Source: Eledone cirrhosa
Lineage: Eukaryota
Reading direction: 5' to 3'
NCBI GenBank assembly: GCA_964016885.1
Contig: OZ024748.1
Coordinates: 54,250,001 to 54,314,000, forward strand
DNA: 64,000 nucleotides
Shown here: positions 1 to 12,170 of the stretch, piece by piece
How positions within the stretch are numbered: the first letter of the stretch is position 1
Layout of the letters: the number at the start of each line of letters is the position of its first letter
Position numbers and translations under genes: made by a program
Notes under the pieces: generated by a model
The model's database searches: none
What the model saw: the letters and a program-made list of their open reading frames with translations, nothing else
Told to the model about the DNA's origin: nothing

Positions 1-900
1 CCACCACCATCACCACAAACACAGAACCACCACCGCCACAAGCACACAACCACCACCATCACCACAAGCACAGAACCACCCCCACCACAAGCACACAACC
101 ACCACCATCACCACAAACACAGAACCACCACCGCCACAAGCACACAACCACCACCATCACCACAAGCACAGAACCACCCCCACCACAAGCACACAACCAC
201 CACCATCACCACAAGCACAGAACCACCCCCACCACAAGCACACAACCACCACCATCACCACAAACACAGAACCACCACCGCCACAAGCACACAACCACAA
301 CCATCACCACAAACACAGAACCACCACCACCACAAGCACACAACCACCACCATCACCACAAACACAGAACCACCACCGCCACAAGCACACAACCACCACC
401 ATCACCACAAGCACAGAACCACCCCCACCACAAGCACACAACCACCACCATCACCACAAACACAGAACCACCACCGCCACAAGCACACAACCACAACCAT
501 CACCACAAACACAGAACCACCACCACCACAAGCACACAACCACCACCATCACCACAAACACAGAACCACCACCGCCACAAGCACACAACCACCACCATCA
601 CCACAAACACAGAACCACGACCACCACAAGCACACAACCACCACCACCACCACCACAAACACAAACACACAACCACCACAAGCACACAACCACCACCACC
701 GCCACAAGCACACAACCACCACCACAAACACACAACCACCACCACCGCCACAAGCACACAACCACCACCACAAACACACAACCACCACCACCGCCACAAA
801 CACACAACCACCACAAACACACAACCACCACCGCCACAACCACCACCACCACCACCACAACAACCACCACCACCACAACAACCACCACCACCACCACCAT
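1..900. repeat. 49-bp minisatellite (~13 units to ~640), decaying into (CCA/CAA)n
   Basis: Unit ccaccaccatcaccacaaacacagaaccaccaccgccacaagcacacaa starts at 1, 50, 99, 148 ... 589. Confidence 0.9.
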
Positions 901-1315
901 GACTACTAGTAACGCTATCATTCCAAGATCTCTTCCATCTTTGAAGTGAACTTCATAAATACTCTCCTCCTCCTCCTCCCACTTACCTGATCTGGTAAAG
1001 GGGTCGAATCTGTCCTGTTCATACTGGCCACATTGCAATGTGGATGGCCTGGCCCTTCTCACTCTCTCTTTATGTCTCCCTCTCTCTCTCTTTATCTTTC
1101 CCTCTCACTCTCTCTTTATGTCTCCCTCTCACTCTCTCTTTATGTTTCCCTCTCTTTCTCTCTGTTTATCTCTCTCCCTCAGTGTGTCCCCCCTCTCTCA
1201 CATTGTGAATCTGTCTCTCTATTAATATACACCACCAATGCTTCTACAATTTTTGCTGATATACTATTTTTTTTACTCATTGCATAAAGATATTTAGATG
1301 TCTTGTTTATGATAG

Positions 1316-1750
1316 TGTGGTGGTGGTGGTGGTGGTAGTGATGGTGGTGGTGGTGGTGGTGGTGGGGGTGGTGGTAGAGGTGGTGGTGGTGGTGATGGTG
1401 GTAGGGGTTGTTTGTGGGAGTGGTAGGGTTGGTGGTGGTGGTGGTGGTGGTGGTAGTGATGGTGGTGGTGGTAGTGATGGTGGTGGTGGTGGTGGTGGTG
1501 GTGGTAGGGGTAGTGATGGTGGTGGTGGTGGTGGTGGTAGGGGTAGTGATGGTGGTGGTGGTGGGGGTAGGGGTGGTGGTGATGGTGGTAGGGGTTGTTT
1601 GTGGGAGTGGTAGGGTTGGTGGTGGTGGTGGTGGTGGTGGTGGTAGGGGTTGTTTGTGGGAGTGGTAGGGTTGGTGGTGGTGGTGGTGGTGGTGGTGGTA
1701 GGGGTTGTTTGTGAGAGTGGTAGGGTTGGTGGTGGTGGTGGTGGTGGTAG
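1316..1750. repeat. (GGT)n-based G-rich minisatellite
   Basis: Repeated ggtaggggttgtttgtgggagtggtagggttggtggtgg units among GGT runs. Confidence 0.85.
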
Positions 1751-1854
1751 ACTGGATCACAGCGATGACATTGATAATTCTAATGACTAGTTAAAGGTGA
1801 CAATGGTAATAATGATGGTAATAATGCTTATGATAAGGTTAATGAAGGTAACAG

Positions 1855-2445
1855 TGGTGGTGGTGGTGGTGGGGATGATGGCAGTGTTTCATGTGATGAT
1901 GATGATGGTGATAATAATAGTGGTGGTGATGGGGTGATCACAGCGTTTCATGTGATGATGATAGTGGTGATGATAATAATGCTTATGATAAGGTTAATGA
2001 AGGTAATAGTGGTGGTGGTGGTGGTGGATGTGATGATGATGCTGGTGATAATAATAGTGGAGGTGGTGGGGTGATGGCAGCATTTCATATGATGATGATA
2101 AAGGTAATGGTGTATGGGGGGGGGGGTATGACTTTCATGTGATGATAATGATGGTGATGGTAATGATGCCTATGATAAGGTTAATGAATGTAATGGTGGT
2201 GGTGGGAGTGATGGCAGTGTTTCATGTGATGATGATGATGGTGGTGGTGGGAGTGATGGCAGTGTTTCATGTGATGGTGGTGGTGATGGTGGTGGTGGGA
2301 GTGATGGCAGTGTTTCATGTGATGATGATGATGGTGGTGGTGGGAGTGATGGCAGTGTTTCATGTGATGGTGGTGGTGATGGTGGTGGTGGGAGTGATGG
2401 CAGTGTTTCATGTGATGGTGGTGATGGTGGTGGTGGTGGGAGTGT
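1855..2445. repeat. ~45-48-bp minisatellite (gggagtgatggcagtgtttcatgtgatg...)
   Basis: Five near-identical units at ~2200-2445, with diverged copies from 1855. Confidence 0.85.
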
Positions 2446-2704
2446 GATGGCAAAAACAATGACAACAGAAGCAATAGTGATTTCCAACTACAGTAATGAC
2501 AATGGCCGTGATTTTTATATTGAAGATGACAATGATGCTGAGGTATGATTACGATGATGGTAATGATGATGATGGTTTACCTACTTTTAGCAATGATGAT
2601 GATGATGAAGACAATGATATTGATGATGAAGATAATGATGTTGATGATGATCGTGATAATTATGTTGGTGAGGAGGAGGATGATGATGGTAATAATGATT
2701 GCTC

Positions 2705-3130
2705 TTGATGATGATGATGATGATGATTATGTTGGCGATGATGATAATTGTGATAATTATGTTGGTGATGATGATGATTGTGATAATTATGTTGGTGATG
2801 ATGATGATTGTGATAATTATGTTGGTGATGATGATGATTGCGATAATTATGTTGGTAATGATGATGATGATTGTGATAATTATGTTGGTAATGATGATGA
2901 TGATTGTGATAATTATGTTGGTGATGATAATGATGATGATGAATGTGATAATTATGTTGATGAGGATGATGATGATGATTGTGATAATTATGTTGGTGAT
3001 GATAATGATGATGATGAATGTGATAATTATGTTGGTGATGATAATGATGATGATGAATGTGATAATTATGTTGATGAGGATGATGATGATGATTGTGATA
3101 ATTATGTTGGTGATGATGATGATGAATGTG
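2705..3130. repeat. 30-39-bp minisatellite (tgtgataattatgttggtgatgatgat)
   Basis: About 12 tandem units; this explains the DDDCDNYVG ORF. Confidence 0.9.
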
Positions 3131-3754
3131 CACCTACTGTTAGCAATGAAGTTGTGGATGTCAGAAAACAATAATGACGATGATGGTGGTGGTGGTGATT
3201 AGGAAGATAAAAATAATGATGGTGGTGGTGGTGTAGATGATTACGATGGTGATGATGATGATGACGATGATAATTATACACACTCCCACCCACACCATCG
3301 CTCAATATTTCCCTCCTCCTCCCCCTCCCCCCTCTTCCTCCCCATAACCTCCAACAGTTTTTCTTTCATCCATGTTATCATTTATAATTACAATCACATC
3401 CCCTCCCCTCACTCACACACTCCATCATTCCCTTCACCTTTCCACCTCCTCCCACCCCGCCTCACTGACTCCCTTCCCCTTTTAATTGTGCAGCAGCACC
3501 ACAAGCAGCAGCAGCAGACTTGGGATGGTTGTGTGTGGGTGAGAGGGGTGGTGGGCATGGATGGGTGAGTGGGTTGGTGTTGTAGTGAGGTCGAGTGCAG
3601 TGTGGGCTGCTTCAGGGTAAGGATTGTGGTAGTAGAGTATCTCTAGGGGTTAACAGTGGGTGGTATGTATGGGTGTGGGTGTGTTTATGTATGTGTGAGG
3701 GTATGGATATTGAGACACACAACAATGACATTGGCAAGGATGGTGGAGGTAGTG

Positions 3755-4302
3755 GCTGGTGACGGTGGGAGTAGTGTGGTGGTGTGGTTGGTGACAGTGG
3801 TGGGAGTAGTGTGGTGGTGGTGTGGTTGGTGACAGTGGTGTTTGTGGTGGGAGTAGTGTGGTAGTGGTGGTGCTGGCATGGTTGGTGACAGTGGTGATTG
3901 TGGTGGTAGTGTTGTAGTGTGACAGTGGTAGTGGTGGCATGGTTGGTGACAGTGGTGTTTGTGGGGGAAGTGGTGGTGTGGTTGGTGACAGTGGCGTTTG
4001 TGGTGGAAGTAGTGTGGTAGTGGTGGTGACAATGGTGTTTGTGGTAGTGGTGGCATGGTTGGTGACAGTAGTGTGGTGGTGGTAGTGGTTGGTGACAGTG
4101 GTGTTTGTGGTGGAAGTAGTGTGGTAGCATGGTTGGTGACAGTGGTGTTTGTGGTGGTGGTGGTGACAGTGGTGGAAGTAGTGTGGTAGTGGTGGTGGTG
4201 ACAGTGGTGTTTGTGGTGGAAGTAGTGTGGTAGTGGTGGTGGTGACAGTGGTGTTTGTGTGGGAATAGTGTGGTAGTGATGGTGGTGGTGTGGTTGGTGA
4301 CA
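3755..4302. repeat. Complex GT-rich minisatellite (ggttggtgacagtggtgtttgtggtggaagtagtgtggtag)
   Basis: More than 10 variable tandem units. Confidence 0.85.
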
Positions 4303-5064
4303 TCAGTGTTAATAGCAGTGGTAGATAGATTGTAGTCTTGGTGGTGATGGTGGTGGTAATAGTTATAATAGTAGAGGTAATGAATGTGGTGGTGATGGTG
4401 GGGTTAGGAATAATGATTTTTTTTTTGTGGTGGTTATATTAGTGGTAGTGGTGGTAATGTTTGCTTGTGTTGAAGGTGTTAGTGTTATTTGTGATGATGA
4501 TGCTAGTAGCAGTAGGTTAGGGTGCTTCTGCAGGAGATGGTAGAATCTGAAGATAGATGAAATGGGGGTTAAATTTGATGGCATAAAGAAAAAGGTATAT
4601 TTCTCACACACTCCATTAACGCATGTGTCCAAATACACATGCACGCCATACACACATACATTCACATACACACATACATTTACACATACTCACACACATA
4701 AACACACTTACATTTATACAAACATGCACGCAGAAATTCGGACAGAAAAAATAATCATGAATCTGGGGATTGCAGCTGTTGTTGTTGTTGGAAGAGGTAA
4801 TGTTTGTAGTTGTGGTGGTTGTGGTGGTGGTGGTGGTGGTTGTAGTTGTGGTGGTGACAATGGTGTTGGTATTGGAGGTAATGGTTGTAGTGGTGGTGGG
4901 AAAAGATGGACATCTTATACTGATGTTATTGATGGTATTGTTTTCATGATAGTCCCACCATTGTAGTGTTTGTGTCCTTCACAATGGTGGTGGTAAGGGC
5001 GCTGGTCGGTGTTGCACTTTATTTTTTGTGTTTCTTATTCTTGTTCCAGCATCAGAAGGAATAA

Positions 5065-5099
<35 letters not shown>

Positions 5100-5772
5100 A
5101 TAGCAACAGTGGTGGTGGTGGTGGTGGTCGTAGTAGAGGTAGTAGTATTAGCAACAGTGGTGGTGGTAGTAGTAGTTTTTGCAGTTCATGGATGTGGTTG
5201 CAGTGGTGGTGATGTGTGTGTGTGTGTGTGTGCCTCTGTGCTTTTATTTCCTTCATTACTATTCCCACTGCCCACCCCATCCATCCTTTTCTATCATCAC
5301 AGCCTTGTTTACCCGCCAGCCACCCTCTCCAACATCCAGCCACCCTCTCCATCATCCAGCCATACTCTCCATCGTCCAGCCAGCCAGCCAGCTTCTAAAT
5401 GTTACTATCCTCGGAGATTGCTCCCTGCCTAATCTATGCTAATTGGCTGACAAACAACATAGACATCTGAAATGGCTGTCACACACTGACTCATGTCCTT
5501 AATGACACACAGGATTGCTCTCTCTCTCAATCTCCTCTCTCTCTCTCTCACACACAGTCTCTCTCTCCCTTAATATATATATATATATATGTCTATACAT
5601 GTCTGCATATATTCACAAGCAGACACATATATATACTTGCATGTATATATATATATATATATATATGTGTGCATTAGTGTAAATGCTTACAAACTTCTCA
5701 TAAAGCATATAGGTATATATATATAAGTCCACAAATACTGGGTATGTTTCTCTCTCTCTCTCTTTCTACACA

Positions 5773-5805
<33 letters not shown>

Positions 5806-6351
5806 CACACACACAGCAGCATATCAGTTTATTGTCTTCTTTTATTGTGTGACAGTGGACACAACAGACAATATCCTTGTGTGGCATGTAGCAGCTGACA
5901 GGTCATGTGATATGTTATATCACTTTGTAACTGGATTTTAATGTGACACTATCATCTCCCTTGTTACTGTCTTGGTGTTGTAGAGGTCATGTGACAACAT
6001 CATGTGACACTGACGCTCCATCTGTCAATATTTAGGCTATGTGACTCCACAACTGATAGGATGTTCGTTAAGTTTCATGTCACAACATACACCTCTGAAT
6101 GAGAAGTCATGTAACATTTCAGTATAGTCATGTCAGATGACTGCAGATCCCCCCCCCCTCCGGATTGTTAGTTGGGGTGTGGGTGGGAGAAGGAGTAAGT
6201 CACATGACAATATATTCATCTACAGCAGTAACAAAACTGCTTTTAACCCTTTTGATAACCAACTGCTTGAAACCTGGTTTTCTGATACAAAACTGTTTAA
6301 ATTTATCTAAAAATCTTCCATCATAATTTTATGTAAGAACTTTTGTTAAGA

Positions 6352-6875
6352 TAAATAATTGTTTCTACTTTAGGCACAAGGCCACCAATTACCCAGTGCA
6401 CATGGCTTAGTGGTTAGAGCATTGGCCTTGCAATCGAAAGGTTGTGAGTTCAATTCTCAGACCGGGTGATGAGTTGTTTCCTTGAGCAAGACACTTTATT
6501 TCACATTGCTCCAGTTTACTCAGCTGTAGAAATGAGATGATAGGGACTGGGGTCCCTATCATTCCACTGCAAAGTGGTCGTGGAGGTGCCACGGCAAAAA
6601 AGCACCCAGCACTCACTGTAAATGAGGTTGGTGTTAGGAAGGGCATCCAGCTGTAGAAATCAAGCCAGAATCAGTTCCCGTCCCACCCTTGCTAGCAGGG
6701 AAAAGTGGACGTAAAAATGAAATGAAATGATGAAATGATTACTGGTACTTTATTTTATCGACCCCGTAAGGATGAAAGGCAAAGTCAACCTCGGCAGGAT
6801 TTGAACTCAGATCGTAAAGGGACGTAACTATGCTGGAAAGTATGGCGTCCGACCCTCTACTGATACTGCCAATCC
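6352..6875 (-). mobile_element. tRNA-derived SINE family A (Meta-domain-like core), interrupted at 6400/6739
   Basis: On the minus strand: B-box GAGTTCAAATCC followed by GTTGACTTTGCCTTTCATCCTTACGGGGTCGATAAAATAAAGTACCAG. Colinear with intact copies at 28592 and 60911. Confidence 0.8.
6401..6738 (+). mobile_element. tRNA-derived CORE-like SINE family B with RTE-like tail ending in (AATGA)n
   Basis: A-box TGGCTTAGTGG, B-box GAGTTCAATTC, CORE-like CCTTGAGCAAGACACTT...CTGTAGAAATGAG, then AGGAAGGGCATCCAGCTGTAGAAA and the tail GGAAAAGTGGACGTAAAAATGAAATGA. Confidence 0.75.
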
Positions 6876-7491
6876 ACGAAAGTTACTAAACCCTTTGAAA
6901 TTCTTGATTATTTTCAAAATTATTTGAAAAACAAGCAGTTTTATAACAATTAACTGGGGTGCTTTTATCAGGGGCCACTCAGTTGCATGCATTAAGGCCA
7001 GGTCCTCAGTTTGATGATACCTTACTCTCTCTCCTTCACTCTCCCTCTCTCTTCCTTTCCTTCTCTCCTTCACTCTCCCACTTTCAATCTTTCACTCTCT
7101 CCTTCCTTCTCTCTCTCTGTCTATTGCATCCACTTTTTCTTTCTCCCTTATTTTCTCTTCCTCTCTTATTCTCCCTCCCCTCTCTCTCTCCCTACTATCT
7201 CTCTCTGTGTATATGTGTATTGACACACATATGTAGATAGGAAAGAGTTCATTATCCATTTATATATGTGTCTACTATTATATATATCACTGCATTTGTG
7301 TTTGTGTATGTGTAAGTGTGTAATTATCAATGTGTTTGTGTATGTGGTAATATATGTGTAGAGTTAACTATGTCAATACAAGCTTTTGCCCTACAACCAG
7401 AAAACACAACAGATATGTTGTGTGTGTGTGTGTAAATTTACATACATGTGTGTTGATGTCCATGCTTATGTTTGTTTGTATGTGTGTTTTT

Positions 7492-7567
<76 letters not shown>

Positions 7568-8934
7568 ATATGACTTAATGTGTTCCAACAATGAGATCCC
7601 TGCTCCACTCCATCCCCCACACCACCACCACACCAGATCCGCAGGTCTACACAGTAAATATGGTGATTAAATAATTTGATTTCTGCAAATATTTCCGTCT
7701 CCCTATATTGAATACTTAATTTGGCACACACACACACACACACACACACACCTCTCTTTTCGCCTCTTATTTCTTTACTTTTTCTCCAGATAATTCCTTG
7801 TCCTTCTCCCATTGCTAACGTCTTCATATTCACCCGCCCTCCAACCCATCTTGTTTTAGCTTCTACACATCCATTGCTCTTCTTCATCCCTCTCTTTCTC
7901 TTTCACCTTCTTTTCTTGAATCTGTTTCTTTCACTTTACTTTGTGTTAACCACCCCCCTCTGTCATCACCCTCTTCTCCTACTAGCATGCTTAAAATGAC
8001 CTCTACGTTTTTGCTTTCATATTTTTAGAACATTGTATTTACTATTGTTCCCAAAATGGCCTCAGCTCCTCAGAATATGGCTGGTCTTCTGCCACCTTTA
8101 TTCATGAGTTACTCGTATATCTACCTTCCATGTTATGTCCAATCTCCTCAAGCCCTGGACTAACCACTACATCCAGTCCTTTCTGACCAGAATATCAAGC
8201 CTTGGACCAACCGCTACTCCCAGTCCTTCTTGAGCAGAATTTCGAAACCTCTGCAATTACCTTCCTGCTCATCTAATATGGTCATCATCATCATCATCAT
8301 CTGTATATAATGTTTTTTTCTCCATACTACTTCAGAGGCCATCTTGCTTACATATGCACTGGGTGTATTTTATCAAGCACTAAGGTGGTTGTCATGTCCC
8401 TGACACAACTAAAGGGTCTTCTCAGTCTATGTTTAAAGCGGTTTCTACAACTGGCTCACCTTCCTAACATAATTATGATCATAATGATAACTATGATAAT
8501 GATAGCAAGTTGTAGTGGTTGATGGTGGTAGTGGTGGGGTTGTTTGTGAAGATAACAATAACAACAATAAGAGAAAAAGACAGATGAGGAAAGAAACCAT
8601 GATGCTAGATTTCTCTTGTAATACCAGTTTTGAAATATTAATCTTCTATATTTCCATCTCAGCTTGAAGATAGAATTTAATATAATCACCATAATATATG
8701 CTTGCATGACAAGGCATACACCCCACCACTACACACACACACTGACATGCTATCTCATATACACATCATGTATATAAACATATATACATATATATATCCA
8801 CTATCATATGTAACTAGACACATGCACACTTGTCTCTTACATGCTTTTATACATATATACAGTTTCATATATATATGCTTACACATTGTTTCGCATGTAA
8901 ACACATATACTTGGTTTCACACAAATACACACAT

Positions 8935-8979
<45 letters not shown>

Positions 8980-10289
8980 CTGTCTCTCAAACGCACATAT
9001 ACACATTTATATGAGCATGCACATTGTTATAATTACACAGTGCCTTATGCATATATATATATATATATTGTCTAAATTTGATCATAATGTACCAAATATG
9101 ATCTCCAACTTTCTATCTCCTTCCCTCACACACTCACACAGAAACACACACACACATCCTTTACCCCATTGAGACATCTGTACAACCTCAGATGTACACC
9201 ATCATGCATGAGCACACTGAAATACAGATGCATGATTACATAAGCACTCCTAAATACACACACATGCACATGTACACATATACACATGCAAACATATGCA
9301 TATATATACAGGCGCACATATACACACATACACACAGATCTTAATGAGTTCAGATGTACATTGTCAAATATGAAGTCACCTTAATACACACGCAGATACA
9401 CAAACATGTACGCACACCCTAAGGACACAGAAATATGAATGCAAACACACATACGTGTATCACGAGCATGCACCTAAAATAAAATGACTCACACACACAT
9501 GCACACACATTCCCCCAAATAAGTATTCATACATAAACATATCTACAGATATATACATATATACATACATATCTAAATGCAGGCAATATGTATACAAATT
9601 GTGCACACACACATACACACATATTTAGATATATACACACACACACATGTATATATATATATACAGACATACACACACATATATCTATATACGATGATGA
9701 TATATGTATGTGCATACATGTAATAATCATACGAACACACACACACACACACACATGTATTCTCTAGGGAATTGCTGCAGTTGTGGGGTTCTTTTGCCTG
9801 TTTTTTTTTTTTCTTTCTTTCCCCTTTTGTTTCTTTCTTTGCTGGGTTTTAGATTGAAACAAATACAGGAAGGGTGATAATGGTGGTGGTTGAGGGATGT
9901 AATTCTTCTGCTAATATCTTAAGATAAATTCTTGATATTCCTCAAATTTGGAAATTATGCCAGGGTATTTTTCTGCAATTCTTTGTTATCTTGTTTTCAT
10001 TTCCATCTCTGTTCTTTGATATGGTTGGAAAATATACAGATTCTTTCTTCTAATCTTTTACTGTGCTTTCAGTCACCAGTCTGTGGCCATGCTAAAGCAA
10101 TTCCTTCATAATTTTATGCTAGAACCTTTATTAAGTTATGTCCCCCAAAATTCCTGATTGTTTTTTATAATTATTTGAAAACCATAGGCAGTGTCTTTCA
10201 TTAGAAATAGAGTAAGGGAATGTTTCATACCAAACTGCCTGAAATCACACCTAGTTCTCTCTCTATATATATATATATATATTTATATA

Positions 10290-10339
<50 letters not shown>

Positions 10340-10439
10340 CAAAATGTGTATATGTATTGCCTACATTTAGTTATGTATATATGCATATATCTGTAGATAT
10401 GTTTATGTATGAATACTGTTAAAGTATTTATATTTATTT

Positions 10440-10619
10440 AAAAAGCTTCTGTCATGATTATTTTGTAAGAACATTTATTAGATTATGTTCCAAACACCAG
10501 ATAAATAATGATAAAGTCAGTTATATTGTTAAAACTCTCTTAATTCTTGATTAGTTTCAAAGTTATTTGAAAATTGTAGGTAGTGTCTTTCAGTAGAAAT
10601 ATGCTAATGAAAGGGTTAA
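10440..10619 (+). mobile_element. 3' part of the TTAA-MITE
   Basis: Matches ~23670-23838 and ends GAAAGGGTTAA. Another fragment lies at ~10100-10220 and an inverted one at 26517-26590. Confidence 0.7.
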
Positions 10620-10727
10620 GATAGTATGGTGTGATTTGATGAAGATTTTGCTGCTATTTATAGCAGGTCAAGTAACCTCATGAAATCTCCCACAGTATTT
10701 ATAATGGCTACTACCTAGATTATGAAG

Positions 10728-11035
10728 GTGCATGGCATAAGGGTTAGATTACTGGGCTCATGTTCAGATAAGATTGTTTATTCCTAGACCAGGTGATACA
10801 TTGTCCTTGAGCAAGACACTTTATTTCACATTACATCAGTTCACTCAGCTGACAAAAATGAGTTGCATGATTGAAAAGGCTGGCCTTGTCTCACATTGTG
10901 TTATGCTAGATCTCCTTGAGAACTAAGTTAAGGGTGTCCATGTCTGCAGAATGCTCAGCCACTTAGACATTAATTTCACAAGCAGACAATTCTGTTGATT
11001 GATTCAAAAATGACAGAGGTCCAACAACAACAAAT
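10728..11035 (+). mobile_element. CORE-like SINE family B with an alternative body
   Basis: tRNA-like head and CCTTGAGCAAGACACTTTATTTCAC, then a body shared with 37103-37420 and 61270-61490; (CAA)n end. Confidence 0.7.
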
Positions 11036-11399
11036 ACTACAATTACTACATAGATAAGTTTTCTATTAGTAAATGCTGGTTGTTGACATAGGCCCAGCAG
11101 TGACAATCACAACTAACCACCACCATCACACATTATATGCTGTAAATCGACATTAGCTGTGTACAGACACTACCAGTAATAGCTGTGTATATAAAATCAT
11201 TCTAACAGAAACATCTTATCTATTGTCAATGTGTTAACCTTTTTCACAGTATACAACTGCTAATAGCACTTTTATAATTATTAATCCCAGATAGAAGCTA
11301 TTCTATTATTAACTTATATGGAACACCTTACGTTATGATTAGCAAATAATTTGGTATATTTAAATATCTAAATATCTGAAATGTGTTGTTGGCTATAAG

Positions 11400-11920
<521 letters not shown>

Positions 11921-11996
11921 TTACTATTAGCTTATTTTGAGGAGCAAACATTTCTTTTCTTTTATTTTTATTATTATTCAATCGTTAATAGTAGAT

Positions 11997-12170
11997 TGGC
12001 AGAATGATAAGAAATTTGAACAAAATGCTTTGCAGCATTTAATTACGGTTCTTTAAGTTCTGAGTTCTAATCCTGCTGAGGTAAACTTTACCTTTCATCC
12101 TTCTGGAGTTGATAAAATAAAGTACCAGTCACATACTAGGGTCGATGGAATCAACTTTCCTCTTCCTATA
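11997..12170 (+). mobile_element. SINE family A
   Basis: TGGCAGAATG...GAGTTCTAATCC...CCTTTCATCCTTCTGGAGTTGATAAAATAAAGTACCAG. Confidence 0.75.

Larger units (their letters stand above)
6243..6940 (+). mobile_element. TTAA-MITE (piggyBac-type ends) split by nested SINE insertions
   Basis: Begins TTAACCCTTT. Segments 6243-6350 and ~6880-6940 are colinear with the intact copy at 23577-23838. Confidence 0.7.

Noticed and set aside
6401-6475. tRNA-like sequences (also 37103, 42305, 43708, 57030)
   Set aside because: A/B boxes are present but there is no complete cloverleaf, and each continues into a SINE body.
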